A stretch of DNA of 64,000 nt from Lama guanicoe (taxonomy: Eukaryota): positions 5,518,335-5,582,334 of the forward strand of contig MU057342.1 in NCBI GenBank assembly GCA_013239625.1. Reading direction: 5' to 3'. The notes beneath the pieces were generated by a model, which was given only the letters and a program-made list of their open reading frames with translations, searched no databases and was not told the origin of the DNA. Below, piece by piece: positions 12,746 through 25,190 of this stretch. A program made the position numbers and the translations under genes. The stretch's first letter is position 1, and each line of letters opens with the position of its first letter.

Positions 12746-13449
12746 CTTTTTTTTTCTATTTTAATGTGGCAAATATTCATTTTAAATTTATTTGCTTATT
12801 CTTTTATTGTCAGGCATTATACTGTGAGGTTTTCCCCAAGGATTACTGAGGTATAGGGTATATTTATGACTAAATGGACTCTGATTTCTATAAAGTTTTT
12901 GTTCTTTTGCCTGCTTTGGGTAGATTTTAATCTACTTCCTAACGACAGTGACAGTACTGTAACAACTTCTGTAGCCTCTGTGATCTTACTCCCTAATCTT
13001 CCTCCACCTAGCCCCTCCTCACAGAGTTTTTTCCATTTTACTGTGGATTGAAAAACTAAATGTCAACTTTTTCTGGACTTTTGAAAAAAAAGGTTCTAAG
13101 AGAGAGCTAATTAAGGACTCCTATTAGTGAATACATAAATATTAGTGACTAGACTTTTTCAATACTATCATTAACTTTTTCATCCCCCTCCTTTCCTATT
13201 TCTTGAATGCATTCTGGATAGCTGAAGTGTCTGGATACATAACATGGAACCCAGTGTTCTTAACACTAATCACATTTGATAGAAAGTTTGGTCCCAACAC
13301 CCATCAATAAGCTATAATGTGCACAGGAAAATGGCAAAATTCCAAATTGGTAAACCCCAGGACTGCACACAAACATGAAAGTTCAGTAGGAATGCCATCT
13401 GGATTAAGTCATTAAGGATAAGCGCATGGGACAGTCTTGCTGTTGATAT

Positions 13450-14405
13450 TCTCAAAACATCCTCTTCCTTTGGATTCCATGACCTAACCCTCTTCTAATT
13501 TTCTCCTACCTCTGGGGCTTCTCCTCAGTCTTTTCCTGGCTCATTTTCCTCTTCCTGTCTTGTAGATATTGGAAAATTTCAAGGCTGGACCCACTGCCCT
13601 CTTCTCCTCCACATCCTACACCCTCCCTCTGTGATCACGTCCATGCTTATGGTTTAAATTATTATCTATATGTTGATGACTCTTAAATTTATGTCTCCAG
13701 CCTAGACTCTCCTCAGAGCTCCCAATCATAAATCCAGTTGCATCTTCAAAATCTCGACTTGGCCATCTCACAGGACTTTGAACCCTGCATGTCCAAAAAC
13801 TGAACTCATAGCTTCTCCCTCAAACTGGTTCCTCCTCCAGCATTCCCTCAGTAAACAGCACCTCCATCCAAAGATGAGTGAGCCAGACACTTGGCAGCCA
13901 TCCCTGACACCTCCACCTCCCTCACTGCCATATTCACTGGATCAGGAAGGGTTCCTGATCCTCATTTCTAACTCTATCCATGTCTCCTCATCTTCACAGC
14001 TGCCACTGTAGTCCAAGTTTTCACAGTCCTACTCCTTGATTACCTCCAGGGCCTTCTGTTCTCTCCATGTCTACTTTGTCTCCAGTCCATTCTGCAGCCA
14101 GTGTTCTTTAAAAATATACCAATCTGTTTACAACTGTATCATCTTCCCAGTGCCTTTAGGATAAAGACTAAAATTCTTAAAATGGCTTATAAGGATTATA
14201 ATGTTACTGGCCCATACCTCTGTCATCAGCCTCATTTCACAATCCCCTTCCCCTTGTTCTCTGGGCTCTAGCCATACTGGGTCCATAGAAGTTTGAACCT
14301 CAGGACCTTTGCACATGTAGTTGCCTCAGGTAGGATTGCCATCTTCTCTTCTGCTCTTTAACTAGCTAATTCCGATATGTCTTTCTGAATTCAATTCTTT
14401 TAAAA
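13450..14405 (+). mobile_element. L2 LINE, ~1 kb
   Basis: atggtttaaattattatctatatgttgatgactcttaaatttatgtctccagcctagactctcctcagagctcc (L2 RT YADD region) and ccatactgg...acctcaggacctttgcacatg. Confidence 0.9.
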
Positions 14406-14609
14406 TCTCTCCATTGGCTGTTGGTGGGTTTCCCTAATGCCATGTTCACAGTTCTTGTTATTTAAGACTGAAACAACTTTATAGCTAAAGAAATTAGGCC
14501 CAGAAATGTTATATAACTTGCTTGGGGATCATACATCCAGACAGTGGCTGTGCTGAAACTCACACTGGAATAATCTCACTTTAATAAGAGCTAGATCTGT
14601 TGTCAAGTA

Positions 14610-15090
14610 TTAGAACTCTGTGTCAAGTTTTGGTCTCTAAATGATGTGTAGAAGCTGGAATGACTTCAGAGAAAAGGAACACGCTAATTAAAGGGGCGGC
14701 AAGTAAGATCTTTGAAGAAAGGTTAAAGAAGATGGGATTGTTTAGTCTAGGATGTTGTATGGACATGGGAAGAAAAGGAGATTTAAAGTTTTCAAGTTTG
14801 GGTAGGTTACTACAGTGGAGATGGCAATAAAAAGATTTTTTTGAATGACCACAGGGTACAAAAGACGATGTTAGGTCTTATATCTCTTAGGGACGAGAAA
14901 GTTTAGCCAGACAGGGTTTGGTTTGACAAATGAAAAGGTGATTAAAAATTTGAAAAAAATATACTTAGTCTTGAATGTCTTTTTGCCGAAGTGGTTAAAA
15001 GCAGAATCAACAACCATCTCACTTAGCTGGTGGTTTCAGGGCTGACCTACCTCAGGCAGAAAGCTGGACCAGTTGACCTCTTGAAGTTGT
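14610..15090 (+). mobile_element. CR1/L3 LINE 3' fragment
   Basis: degenerate CVQFWS..DVEKLE..QR and EERLKKMGLFSL coding (gaagaaaggttaaagaagatgggattgtttagtcta), then CR1 tail ctggaccagttgacctcttgaag. Confidence 0.8.
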
Positions 15091-15497
15091 TTGGAATGAG
15101 TGAAGGAGAGAATGAATGTGAAGGTCACAGGCTAGATAGATGGTGCTCCTACCCCGCCTGGTGTGGAAAGAGAAATATTGAGTGGCATGCGTCCCCAAGG
15201 TCTCCTCAGCTGTTCACGCTCAGTTGGCCTTATCTGGTTCCCAGGTGTTTCCATTTATCTCTGATAAACTGTCAGCCAAGAGTCAGCTTTGGGTGGGAGG
15301 TGGGGGAATAAGTGGAGGGGAGGGTAATACCCCAGATGTTTTCCGAGAAGATGGGAGAAAGTTATTCCTCAGTACTAATGCATTTCGTCATCCTCTCTGC
15401 TTGCAGATGTTAAATTTGGGAACATTTCCCGGTTCCCTTTTCTCCCTTAAAACAAAACTAGTTGTGTATTTAAAACACCAGGACCCAATCATCCCCA

Positions 15498-15611
15498 GGG
15501 ATGTATCTCTTTTGCATATGGATAAAGCTTTGGGGGTTTAAGAGAATTCTAAGTGGGATGTATCTCTTTTGCATATGGATGAGGCTTTGGGGGTTTAAGA
15601 GAATTCTAAGT
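15498..15611. repeat. Tandem duplication 2 x 57 bp
   Basis: 15498-15554 and 15555-15611 are identical except 2 substitutions (gataaagc vs gatgaggc). Confidence 0.97.
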
Positions 15612-15679
15612 ATTACTTTCTTCCCATCTAACCAGTCCTATAGGCTTTCTCCTTTAAAAATCAGGAAATATGATAATAA

Positions 15680-16065
15680 GCAGAGGTGGCATTTACTGAC
15701 TGCTTACTGTGTGCCATGTAAAGTCAAATCTCCATGGCAACAACACCAGGCCTGGATTAAATTCCTTTTTACAGATGCAGAAATCACTCCAAAATTGTTG
15801 TTTCTCCAAGTTTACAAAACTACCAAGTAGCAGTACCTGTTCAAACCCAGGACTGTGTGACTTTAAATAATAATTGCACACTTTTTTGAGCTTTCTTATG
15901 TGCCAGACATTCATTAAAATCTGTGGAGTAGGTACTACTGGGTCCATTTTGCAGGTGAGAAAACCAAGGCATAGAGACACCCAGTGGCCTGCTCCAGCTC
16001 ACACAGCTAGTAAATGGCAGAGTAGAGAGCCAGGCAAACAGCTTGGCTACGATCCTGTGCTGATT
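15680..16065 (-). mobile_element. Two adjacent MIR SINEs
   Basis: ggcatttactgactgcttactgtgtgcca...ttttacagatgcagaaa and ttgagctttcttatgtgccagaca...ccattttgcaggtgagaaaaccaaggcatagaga. Confidence 0.8.
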
Positions 16066-17729
16066 CTCATCCCCTTTCTATACTCTGTAGAGAGCTGGGT
16101 TGGCTGGATGCATTTTTTTTTTTTCTCAAAGTAGCTGATCTGAGCTTTCAAGGAAGAAACTTCTCTTGCCTGTGTTGTCTTATCTTTTGTTGATCTTCTG
16201 TTGTTTGAGCAGCTGCAGGCTCCCAACCTTGTGAGAGCCTTTGTAGGCTAAGCCATTGGCTACAGGTGGCAAGGTTGTGGCTCCAGCTCAAGTCTCCCCC
16301 GGAGTTGGATGTTCCAGAAAGGACACTCTGTTCCATGGGGCTGTCTCTCTGGCTCAGGCTTTGATCTGGGAAAGGATGAGCCTCGCTGCAGAGCCGAAGC
16401 TGTCTCCCTGCTTTGTTTACGTGAGCGTCCTTCCAGGACTCTGTCTGCTTTTGGGGTGGAAGTGCCCTGCCAAGAACTCCGCTTTCCGTGCTGCCTGTGC
16501 GGCCAACACACCTCCCGCCTTTTTGATGATTTCTCTGTCCTGGATAAAGATCGGTGTCTCATAATAGTTTGGAGACGACAAAAGTTTCCTTGGCAGGATG
16601 AATGATGGACTCGGCAGCATGTTCTTGCCTTTTGGAGTTGCCCTCCAATTTTTCCAGGCTTGATTCTGTAAATCATTTCATCTTGTACAAATACTGGGCT
16701 GTGAGCACAGATGATCTCAAAGGCGAGGGTTATTTGAAACTCCATTTAAGTATCTATCCTCCTTTCAACAGATTAATGTAGCTTGAATTTGTGAATAAAA
16801 ATTTTCTTCTGTGTGTGCCAGTGCACAGGTAGTTCTGGGGTCTTTGAGAGGAAGTAGACTACGCTTCAACTCCAGGAGGCTTTGGAAAGGACGATTTGTC
16901 TGTGTATTGACAACTCATTTATCATCAAAAGCATTTAAGGCCCTACTCTATGCAAGTGCTCAGAGGGCGGATGGGGGTGGAGGGGGGGATGAAGTGGGGA
17001 AAACTGTGAAATGTTTTGAAAGAGATGTGTAAGCCTGAAAAGGTCATTTAGAATATCTTCTTGCTTTCTGTCTTTTCAAGAAGATGGAAATCTATTGTGG
17101 TTTTCAAGGTAGATTAAGGTTAAATAACTCACAGAGCTGGAAGAGTATTTTGGGTAACTATCTGATGTATTTCATGTTGTCATTTATGCTCCTTTGCCCT
17201 TATTCCAACAAGGAAAGAGAATGACTTGAAGGCAGGCTGCGATAGAGAAGGTCCAACAATCACAAGTTGTTAACTGTCCCATCAAGAAAGCATCCTTGAC
17301 ATCTCTGCTCTTCTCTAGTCTATTGACAAAACAATTGCCCAGATGCAGTGAAATGAACATTTCTTGAATGTTGAATGTTAGAAATTAATTTGCTGGCTTT
17401 GGAGTGAAGACAGAAGTGCCTACCTTTTAGCAGTACTTAGAGTGAAAGAAAACTTGTTTTTCAGAGTTAGAGCACATGCAATTCAATGTGACCCAATGAG
17501 TTTAACAAAAATGTAACAAACATTCTATTTAAACTTAAAAAAATGTTTTTAAGATGGAAAACTCCATCAAGCTCCACCTGGGTGATGGAATTTTATAACT
17601 TGCTTAGTAAAGTTATAATGATGAAAGCCTATCACAAGGTGATGTTAACTGATAAGCTTGGGAGGAAGAAATGAAGACCTGGAATCTTTTATATGTTAAA
17701 CATAACAAAATTCCCACAGAATTTTCTCC

Positions 17730-17860
17730 TTTTCATAGATAAGAAAACAAAGGCTTAGGAATGTAAGTAAACACTTCTAAGTTAAAACTAATCAGCAGTG
17801 AGCTTGTAAAGGAATCACAGCTTTCATACTCCAAAGCTAATGCTCCTTCAATTCATCGGG
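17730..17860 (-). mobile_element. MIR SINE
   Basis: ctccttttcatagataagaaaacaaaggcttagg...actccaaagctaatgctc. Confidence 0.65.
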
Positions 17861-17994
17861 TTACCACCAAAGAGTGATCATCAGTCATCATGGAGGGCTT
17901 CTCATCCACCTCGTGGCAATGACTTTAAGGACCTGAGACAAAGCTGCCTCTGGACCAGGGCCATGATGTCACATCTAGGAGGGGAAGTCAATTT

Positions 17995-18170
17995 AGTCTT
18001 GAATCAGGCTATCTGGACTAGGACTCCGGCTCTGATGTTCACTAGCTGTGTGTCTCAGGACAAGTTACTGAGACTCTTTGTACCTTAGTTTCCAAACCCT
18101 TAAAAAAGGGGGGCAATACTCATGCCCAACTGGTAGGGTTTTGTGGAAAGTGTTTGCCCAGTGCCTGGGA
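17995..18170 (+). mobile_element. MIR SINE
   Basis: ccggctctgatgttcactagctgtgtgtctcaggacaagttact...ccttagtttcc. Confidence 0.8.
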
Positions 18171-19371
18171 AAAATGTGTATACATTTTCTCATTCTATTT
18201 GGAGCTTACATTATGTTTAGTTGTTAATTTATTTAGCATAAAACCAGAACAAAACATGGAGATTCTTATGAAAGGCAAAAGTGAACACTTGTGAGCATGA
18301 TCAGATGTACCAAAGATGTGGCTAATCCTAGAGAACATCATGAAATGGCTAACCGTATTTATTTTTCAAACAAAATAGAGGTTCAAAATTAAGAAGTGAG
18401 ACAAGAACAAAGGAGAATAGTATAAGCAATTGCTGGGAAGCCCAGTTCCCTATTAGTAACCAGTTACCCAAAAACTATTAAGAAGAAAGAACCAGGCTAA
18501 GGCAGCATGTCTTTGTTATAGTTAATTCAATCACTGTCATTACCACCAGCATATTTTTTTAAAAGAGGGATTTAAAAAAAAGACTCAATTCTATTAAAAA
18601 TTATATGTCATATAGCCTCAAAGGTGAGCTATGAAATACTGCTCTAGAGGGAAAATGTTGGCCATCTTGTGAGAATATTCTTTAAAAAGAAATGTTTCTT
18701 GCTAATTTTTTTTTATGTTGAACATTTTGAATTTTCCATTTTGTGAAGGGTCTCAAGTCTTTTGCCAAGGCAGTGAGAATCATGGGAAGGAAAAAAGAAT
18801 CAACGAAACACCACTTTGTATAAATTCCATTAATTTCTATGTAATCAGAACACATATTAGATCTCCTTGTACCAACAGAAAGTGTGCTATGGAGAGAATT
18901 CATCCTGGGTATGTCAAAATCGGACCTTTCCCAAACAACTCAGACAATTTAAAATTTCTCCTTGAAACAGAAGCTGATTTTTTTCTCCTAGACGTTCTTT
19001 CGTGGGGGGTGGTTCAGTTTCTGACTCTACTCCCACCACAAGCCTGCATCTCAGGGGCATGTTCTTCAGCATTTCACCATCGGTGGTGATCTCATCCCTC
19101 CCCGGGTCAGGCGGAGGGAGGGATTAATGAAAATATAGGTCAGCCCTTCCCAATCTCCACTGGGGACATGTTGTCTTGGTTTTGATCATTTCCCCCAAAT
19201 TAAGATTTCTGCATAAAACCCCCACGTCTGTGTTTGGCTGGCAGTTTTATGGCTGACCAAATTGTGCACTGGCCGGGGTTCTGGTTGGCTGAATGTTTAC
19301 ACAGGCTGTTAATCAGATGGGGAGTGGGGAGTGGATGTGGGGACTGTCTGTGAGCTGGAGCGGCCCTGTTT

Positions 19372-19610
19372 NNNNNNNNNNNNNNNNNNNNNNNNNNNNN
19401 NNNNNNNNNNNNNNNNNNNNNNNNNNNNNNNNNNNNNNNNNNNNNNNNNNNNNNNNNNNNNNNNNNNNNNNNNNNNNNNNNNNNNNNNNNNNNNNNNNNN
19501 NNNNNNNNNNNNNNNNNNNNNNNNNNNNNNNNNNNNNNNNNNNNNNNNNNNNNNNNNNNNNNNNNNNNNNNNNNNNNNNNNNNNNNNNNNNNNNNNNNNN
19601 NNNNNNNNNN
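19372..19610. other. Assembly gap (239 N)
   Basis: run of N. Confidence 1.
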
Positions 19611-21290
19611 ATTGGATATAAAAGCTATTTTAAAAAATTAACATTCGAATGTTTGCTGGACTAGGGTCTGGCCCGTGTTACATGTTTTATGATCTGTTCA
19701 AAATGAAAAGGCAAGCTTGTGTAGTGATGGTAGATTTTCAATTTTTGATTGCTAATCCCTTTCAAATGTTGCTCCTGCCCTGCTTGAAAGGAGTATGTAA
19801 ACATAGGAATTATCTTGGTTTTTCCAGGTACTGATTCAAGCAAATCTGCTTAGCTTAAGCATGAAGTGGCTGACTCTGGATTTCTGGTCATTGTAGAAAA
19901 TCGCATCTCTTCCCAAAACTATCTATATATAAGCAACTTAAAACTGTTTTAAAAAAAAAAAATCAGCCACTCTAAATCAATTTCCAGACCTTTCACTGCA
20001 CACCTACAAATGCTATATAAATTCTTTTTTGTAAGCTATGGAAATTGAGTATATGTTCCAGATCCAAGGTTATAATGACAGGCCTTTTGGGTCTATATTA
20101 TTCAATTATGCATGTATGTACTTGCTCATACTTTTTTTCAGCATAAACTAGGTTATCAAAAGAGAATATATCCTCACTCTCTTTCCCCCAGCTAAGAGGA
20201 ATACTAAAAATAAGGACATTTATTAAACTGCATTTTAAATGAGTAACCAAATCAATCCGGCCCTAGATTTGCTGTAATCAGAAGCGTTTGGCCTGGAATT
20301 CACTGGGTTTGTACAGGCATCTGGCTGCTCCTAGGAATAGCAGCAGCCCAGTAACTGGCTGGATGAAAGACTGCCCCTCTTATATTTTAGAAACATCCCA
20401 TGATGCTTACATTCTTAGGGAAAATTACGACGTGACTTCAGATAATTTATCAGTACAATGCACAAAATGAAGACTCACAAGAGCAATTGAGATAGAATGT
20501 CTACATCTTCCTGTTCAGTTTATTTATTTTTAAATTTAGGATGTTTAAAAAGAAACCTTTTCCCCTCAAATCTTAGAAATAAATAATGGGGTTTTGAACC
20601 TCGTAGTTAAAATTTCAGATTTTGCAAAGACTGAAAAAGCTTACGAAGAAGAAAGGGTAGCAAAATAAAGGACAGATATACATAGTATAGATGTTTTTTG
20701 GCTAAAATAGGACCATTTTAGACAATGTTATTTGGTAATAGCCTTGCAAATGCATCAGACACCCCTATTTTATCTTGTGACAAAGAATGCTCCCCTCTCT
20801 CTCATCTTGGATTCTTGACAGTTCTGTTCGAATAATTAATTTAGATTACTTTATTACTTATAAAAGCAATCAACCTTGACCCAAATTGACCATCCTCTTT
20901 TTGAATGGTTTTGTTTTCAACTTCAGGCACCTTACTGTAAGGATTGCTGTCTGGGACATTCTGATGGGGCTTGAACTTGACTTTAGAGGAAACAAAAAGG
21001 ACCAAATTTTTCATCATTCACTGAATTTGCTTTTACTGCCACCAAATAAACAACAGTCCAAAGCAAAGAGTCAGGTATTAATCCAGGGCTTTCATTCTAT
21101 GAATGACTAATCCAATAAGAAAGAAGATTTTGAGGCAAGCTATAGTCTAGGAATTGTCTAATAGGCCAAGATCTGCCAGTGAATGGATAAGACGTCGTCA
21201 TCCTGATTGTTCGCTTAGCCAGTATTTGAAATGATAGATGGGGGAAAAGTCACAGAATAGTTCGTTGAATGAATGAGTGAAAATGGGTAA

Positions 21291-21330
21291 TATAATAATA
21301 ATAAATAATAATAATAATAATAATAATAAT
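21291..21330. repeat. (AAT)n microsatellite
   Basis: directly visible. Confidence 0.95.
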
Positions 21331-21633
21331 GCCTTTCCCTCTCATTCTTTTTGATTGGATATTCTCAATTTACCCAGGTTGACAACTTCTCTCTTCTGCC
21401 TACTTCGCCTTCCATGTCATGGTTTGTGTCAAGGCTCCAGGGGAAGTCCACCCTCAGCACCGCAGCGCCTTTGCACAAATCCAGACAGGCGAAAGGGAGA
21501 GGCTTAGGCAGAAGGAAGGGTAAAAGTTCAGTTCTCAGATGGCAGTTCAGATTTAGAAAACAGAATGAGAAAGAGTGGTGGCAGCCATCTCACGACTTCT
21601 TTCACCTTCAACTTTCAATTTAACTCTTAAGAT

Positions 21634-21773
21634 GTATCTGCAACTGTTTCTATCAGTCTATCATCTATCCTTATCTATGATCTGTTTGTCTATCTACCAT
21701 CTATTTTTCTGTGTATCCCTCTCTTCCTCCCCCTCTTTCCTCCTTCTTTTTCCTTCCTTCTTTCCCTCCTTTT
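21634..21773. repeat. Degenerate (TCTA)n and CT-rich low complexity
   Basis: tctatcagtctatcatctatcc...tctatctaccatcta then ttccttccttcttt. Confidence 0.8.
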
Positions 21774-22455
21774 CAGAAATAAAACTGGTACTAATGAGAT
21801 GTCTCAAATTAGACCTTAAAAGCTAGTACTACTCTTATTTTAGAGGAGTGGAGTTTTTTTTCCTTGTTTGACTTTAACTTTCTCTCTTCTGATATTTGTC
21901 CTTAATGTGACATATCAGAGAACCTCTTTGAAAATGTTTCTGTTTATTGGAGCCCAGGGAAATAAAATTTCACGTTAAAAAGGATAAAATGAAGCTTTCT
22001 GATATGGCTTGGTAGTTAATTTCTGTGGATGTCTGTTTTCATATGCATGCAAATCTGTTTAAAATGCTGTTTTAAAGGTTAAATTACATACACATATATA
22101 AAACTTATTTATGTGTTTTTCAATGCTGTTTAAATTTTTTAAATCTATACATATATAGTGAGCGAGAAAGAGAGAGAGAAAGCTTTATGTGGATTATATC
22201 AGCATGCAACCTGAAAAATAAACATTTACTTGAAAGCCTAACTGGCTTTGCATTGCAACAGACTAATCAAGTAACATTTAATATAACGTACATGCCTATG
22301 AGTGTGGTATGTGAATGTATTATTTCATTTTCCTGATTGAATGAATAAGCCCACAGGTTCACCATTTTATATTTGTCCTCTTAATATTATGAAATTTGTT
22401 TTGAAAATGTTGGTTTAAATGGGCATTATTAAGTCTTTATCAGTTCTGAGCATTT

Positions 22456-22809
22456 NNNNNNNNNNNNNNNNNNNNNNNNNNNNNNNNNNNNNNNNNNNNN
22501 NNNNNNNNNNNNNNNNNNNNNNNNNNNNNNNNNNNNNNNNNNNNNNNNNNNNNNNNNNNNNNNNNNNNNNNNNNNNNNNNNNNNNNNNNNNNNNNNNNNN
22601 NNNNNNNNNNNNNNNNNNNNNNNNNNNNNNNNNNNNNNNNNNNNNNNNNNNNNNNNNNNNNNNNNNNNNNNNNNNNNNNNNNNNNNNNNNNNNNNNNNNN
22701 NNNNNNNNNNNNNNNNNNNNNNNNNNNNNNNNNNNNNNNNNNNNNNNNNNNNNNNNNNNNNNNNNNNNNNNNNNNNNNNNNNNNNNNNNNNNNNNNNNNN
22801 NNNNNNNNN
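22456..22809. other. Assembly gap (354 N)
   Basis: run of N. Confidence 1.
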
Positions 22810-24336
22810 GTGTGGTGTTTGCCTTCATTTTTCAGCTGGTCCTAGTTAAAAATGAGACGGTGGGGCTCCTGCTTTCTCCCCCACTGGCTACATTTTTTTT
22901 TTTTTTGGAGGGCTTTTCTGGTAATAGATAAGACTACAGAACTTCAATTTGCTGCAAGCTAACAGCATCCAGAAACTGTCACCTTCTGTGGCCACAGCCG
23001 AGTCTAGGACTTACTTCTGCTAAGGAGTAGGCTTTCAAATTTGATTCACTCCCACCTTGATCCTGCCTTTATGAGAGTGAAGTCCCTGGTGCATTTTGTA
23101 CAGGTGGAGAGTGTTTATGTGTTTGGAGGCTATCAATCACCAACTCCAGAAATGTAAAGATCTAAATTATGATAGATGAAAATGTGAAAATGTGACATGG
23201 TAAACTACCCGCCTCCTTCGTGTAAATCAGGTACTTGGCTTTTTAAAAATAGTGGAGGAAAATGTTCTTATCACTCATTCTCTTTAAAGACCATGCAGCT
23301 CAGCGCTGACTCCAAGTTCCAATGTCCAGGGCCTGCATTCCTCTGAACTCTGAGCACCAGGGACCAGGTGGACAGTCAGTTCATAACATCTTGCCCCTCT
23401 TCTGCCCTACAGATGACTGAGGCCGGGTGATAAGCATGCCCTAACTACTTCATGAATTAAAAATGCATAAATTATAAAATGAATTTTTATTATAAAAAGA
23501 ATTGATGCTTAGCATAGAAAAGTTGAACCCAATACATCTCTAACTGATCTAATTAATTTCCATTCTTTGCTTTCAAATAATAGAAAAAAAAAACCTCTCT
23601 GTGAATTTAAGTGGCATTTCATTTTGATTTGCTGTAAAAAGAAAACTAAAAAGTCTTCCATGACCTAGGAAAATGGCTGTAAATATTTTACCATACTTCT
23701 CATATTTTTATATGCATTGCTATTTTGGGGGATGTTCTTTAATACATTGGTGTGATTATTCTGTATTTTCTACCCTTTTGCAAACTTAAAAAAAACTGCT
23801 GCTACAGTTATCACTAATTACGTATTTTGAAATTCCACATTGGGGTTTTTTTTAAATGAGAGAAGCACTTTCATGATGACAACAAAAAGAACAACTGAAG
23901 CAGTAAGTCTTCAATTATTCTTTCTGTTGTCATTATGACTTTTGGAGACTCTATGGCCTCGAGTGAACAGGAGCTGATGCAGTGTCAACCAGTGTCATGG
24001 ACTGTGCTAGAGCTGGAATCCCAGCTTCGTGGACCCTCAGACTCTGCAGTGATTAAAGGAAACTACAAACAAGCCTTAGAGGAGAATATTTTTCCATTAA
24101 GAAATAAATAAAAATGAATACTTAGAAGCAGGTTTCACCAGGGCAGGGAGAATTGGCTTGTTTTGTGTGCTTCTGATTTCACATTCTCCTATCAAAGAGA
24201 TACCCAACAACCAACTGAGTTATCTTGAATTTATACTGATTAAAATGATCAGTCTCCCTGGTAGTATTTTTAATTTTTCTCTAGTTTCATTTCTTTATAT
24301 ATAAAGAAATGCAGCCTGCTAAAACCTGGATTATCA

Positions 24337-24459
24337 GAAATATAGCCCTTGTTTTGTAGTAACTTTAAACAGAGTATAATCTATAAATATACTGAATTAC
24401 TATATTGTACACTTGAAACTAATATAATATTGTAAATCAGCTATACTTCAATAAAAAAT
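24337..24459 (+). mobile_element. Short 5'-truncated L1 3' end (laurasiatherian/cetartiodactyl-like) with TSD
   Basis: gaaatatagcc...tgtacacttgaaactaatataatattgtaaatcagctatacttcaataaaaaa; TSD aaaacctggattatca (24321-24336) / aaagtctagattatta (24460-24475). Confidence 0.88.
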
Positions 24460-25089
24460 AAAGTCTAGATTATTAAAATCTTTAACTAGAATTTCAACAA
24501 ATGTGACAATGAAATTAGCAGATGTCCAATGACCTTGTGCGGGTGACTATAAATTCAGGCCACTTACTTATATTTACAGTTTCCCAATCTAGGTGGGTGG
24601 TGGTGGGATAGGGGTAAAGTCCATTTCTAATGAAGAAGATTTTATCCAGTAGCTTAGGCACCTATGTCTGAAATAACTAATTCCTAAACTCCAGTCTTTA
24701 TAGGTTGGTCTGGCCCAGGGCTTCAGCCAAAGGGACTTATTGCTACTTGCATGTCTACCAATTTTTCCTGTTGAAAGTCTCGTCCATCTTTCATGGGAAC
24801 TGGTCATGGATGGGTCCTGTTTCTTCGTGAGCCAGACAGGCCTGTCTGCTCCATTCTCTAGGCTGTTTACAGGACTTTGGCTCTGTTTCAGGTTTTCAAC
24901 ACCTTTATCAAATCCTCTCTCCCTTCCCCCTGCGGCAGTATTTAAGCAATTCTCCCTTTCCAATCAATCAACAGATCTTTCTTAAAGTCTAATTGAGTGG
25001 AATACTCCACCCCTGTCCAAGACTGTTGATTAGTAATGCTTGTGGGCTTTTCCAATGACCAAAATCTTGGATCTTTATGACATTTTCCC

Positions 25090-25190
25090 CTCCTAAATTG
25101 TGGTAAAATACACATAACACAAAAGTTGCCATTTTAATGCTTTTTAAACATATAGTTCTGTGGCATTAAGTATATTCACATTGTTTAATG
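25090..25190 (-). mobile_element. L1MB-type extreme 3' end
   Basis: aattgtggtaaaatacacataacacaaaagttgccattttaa...gtggcattaagtatattcacattgtt. Confidence 0.85.

Noticed and set aside
12746-13440. Possible minus-strand processed pseudogene (T tract plus ttaat signal)
   Set aside because: The T tract is better explained as the flank/TSD of the inverted L1; no ORF or second TSD found
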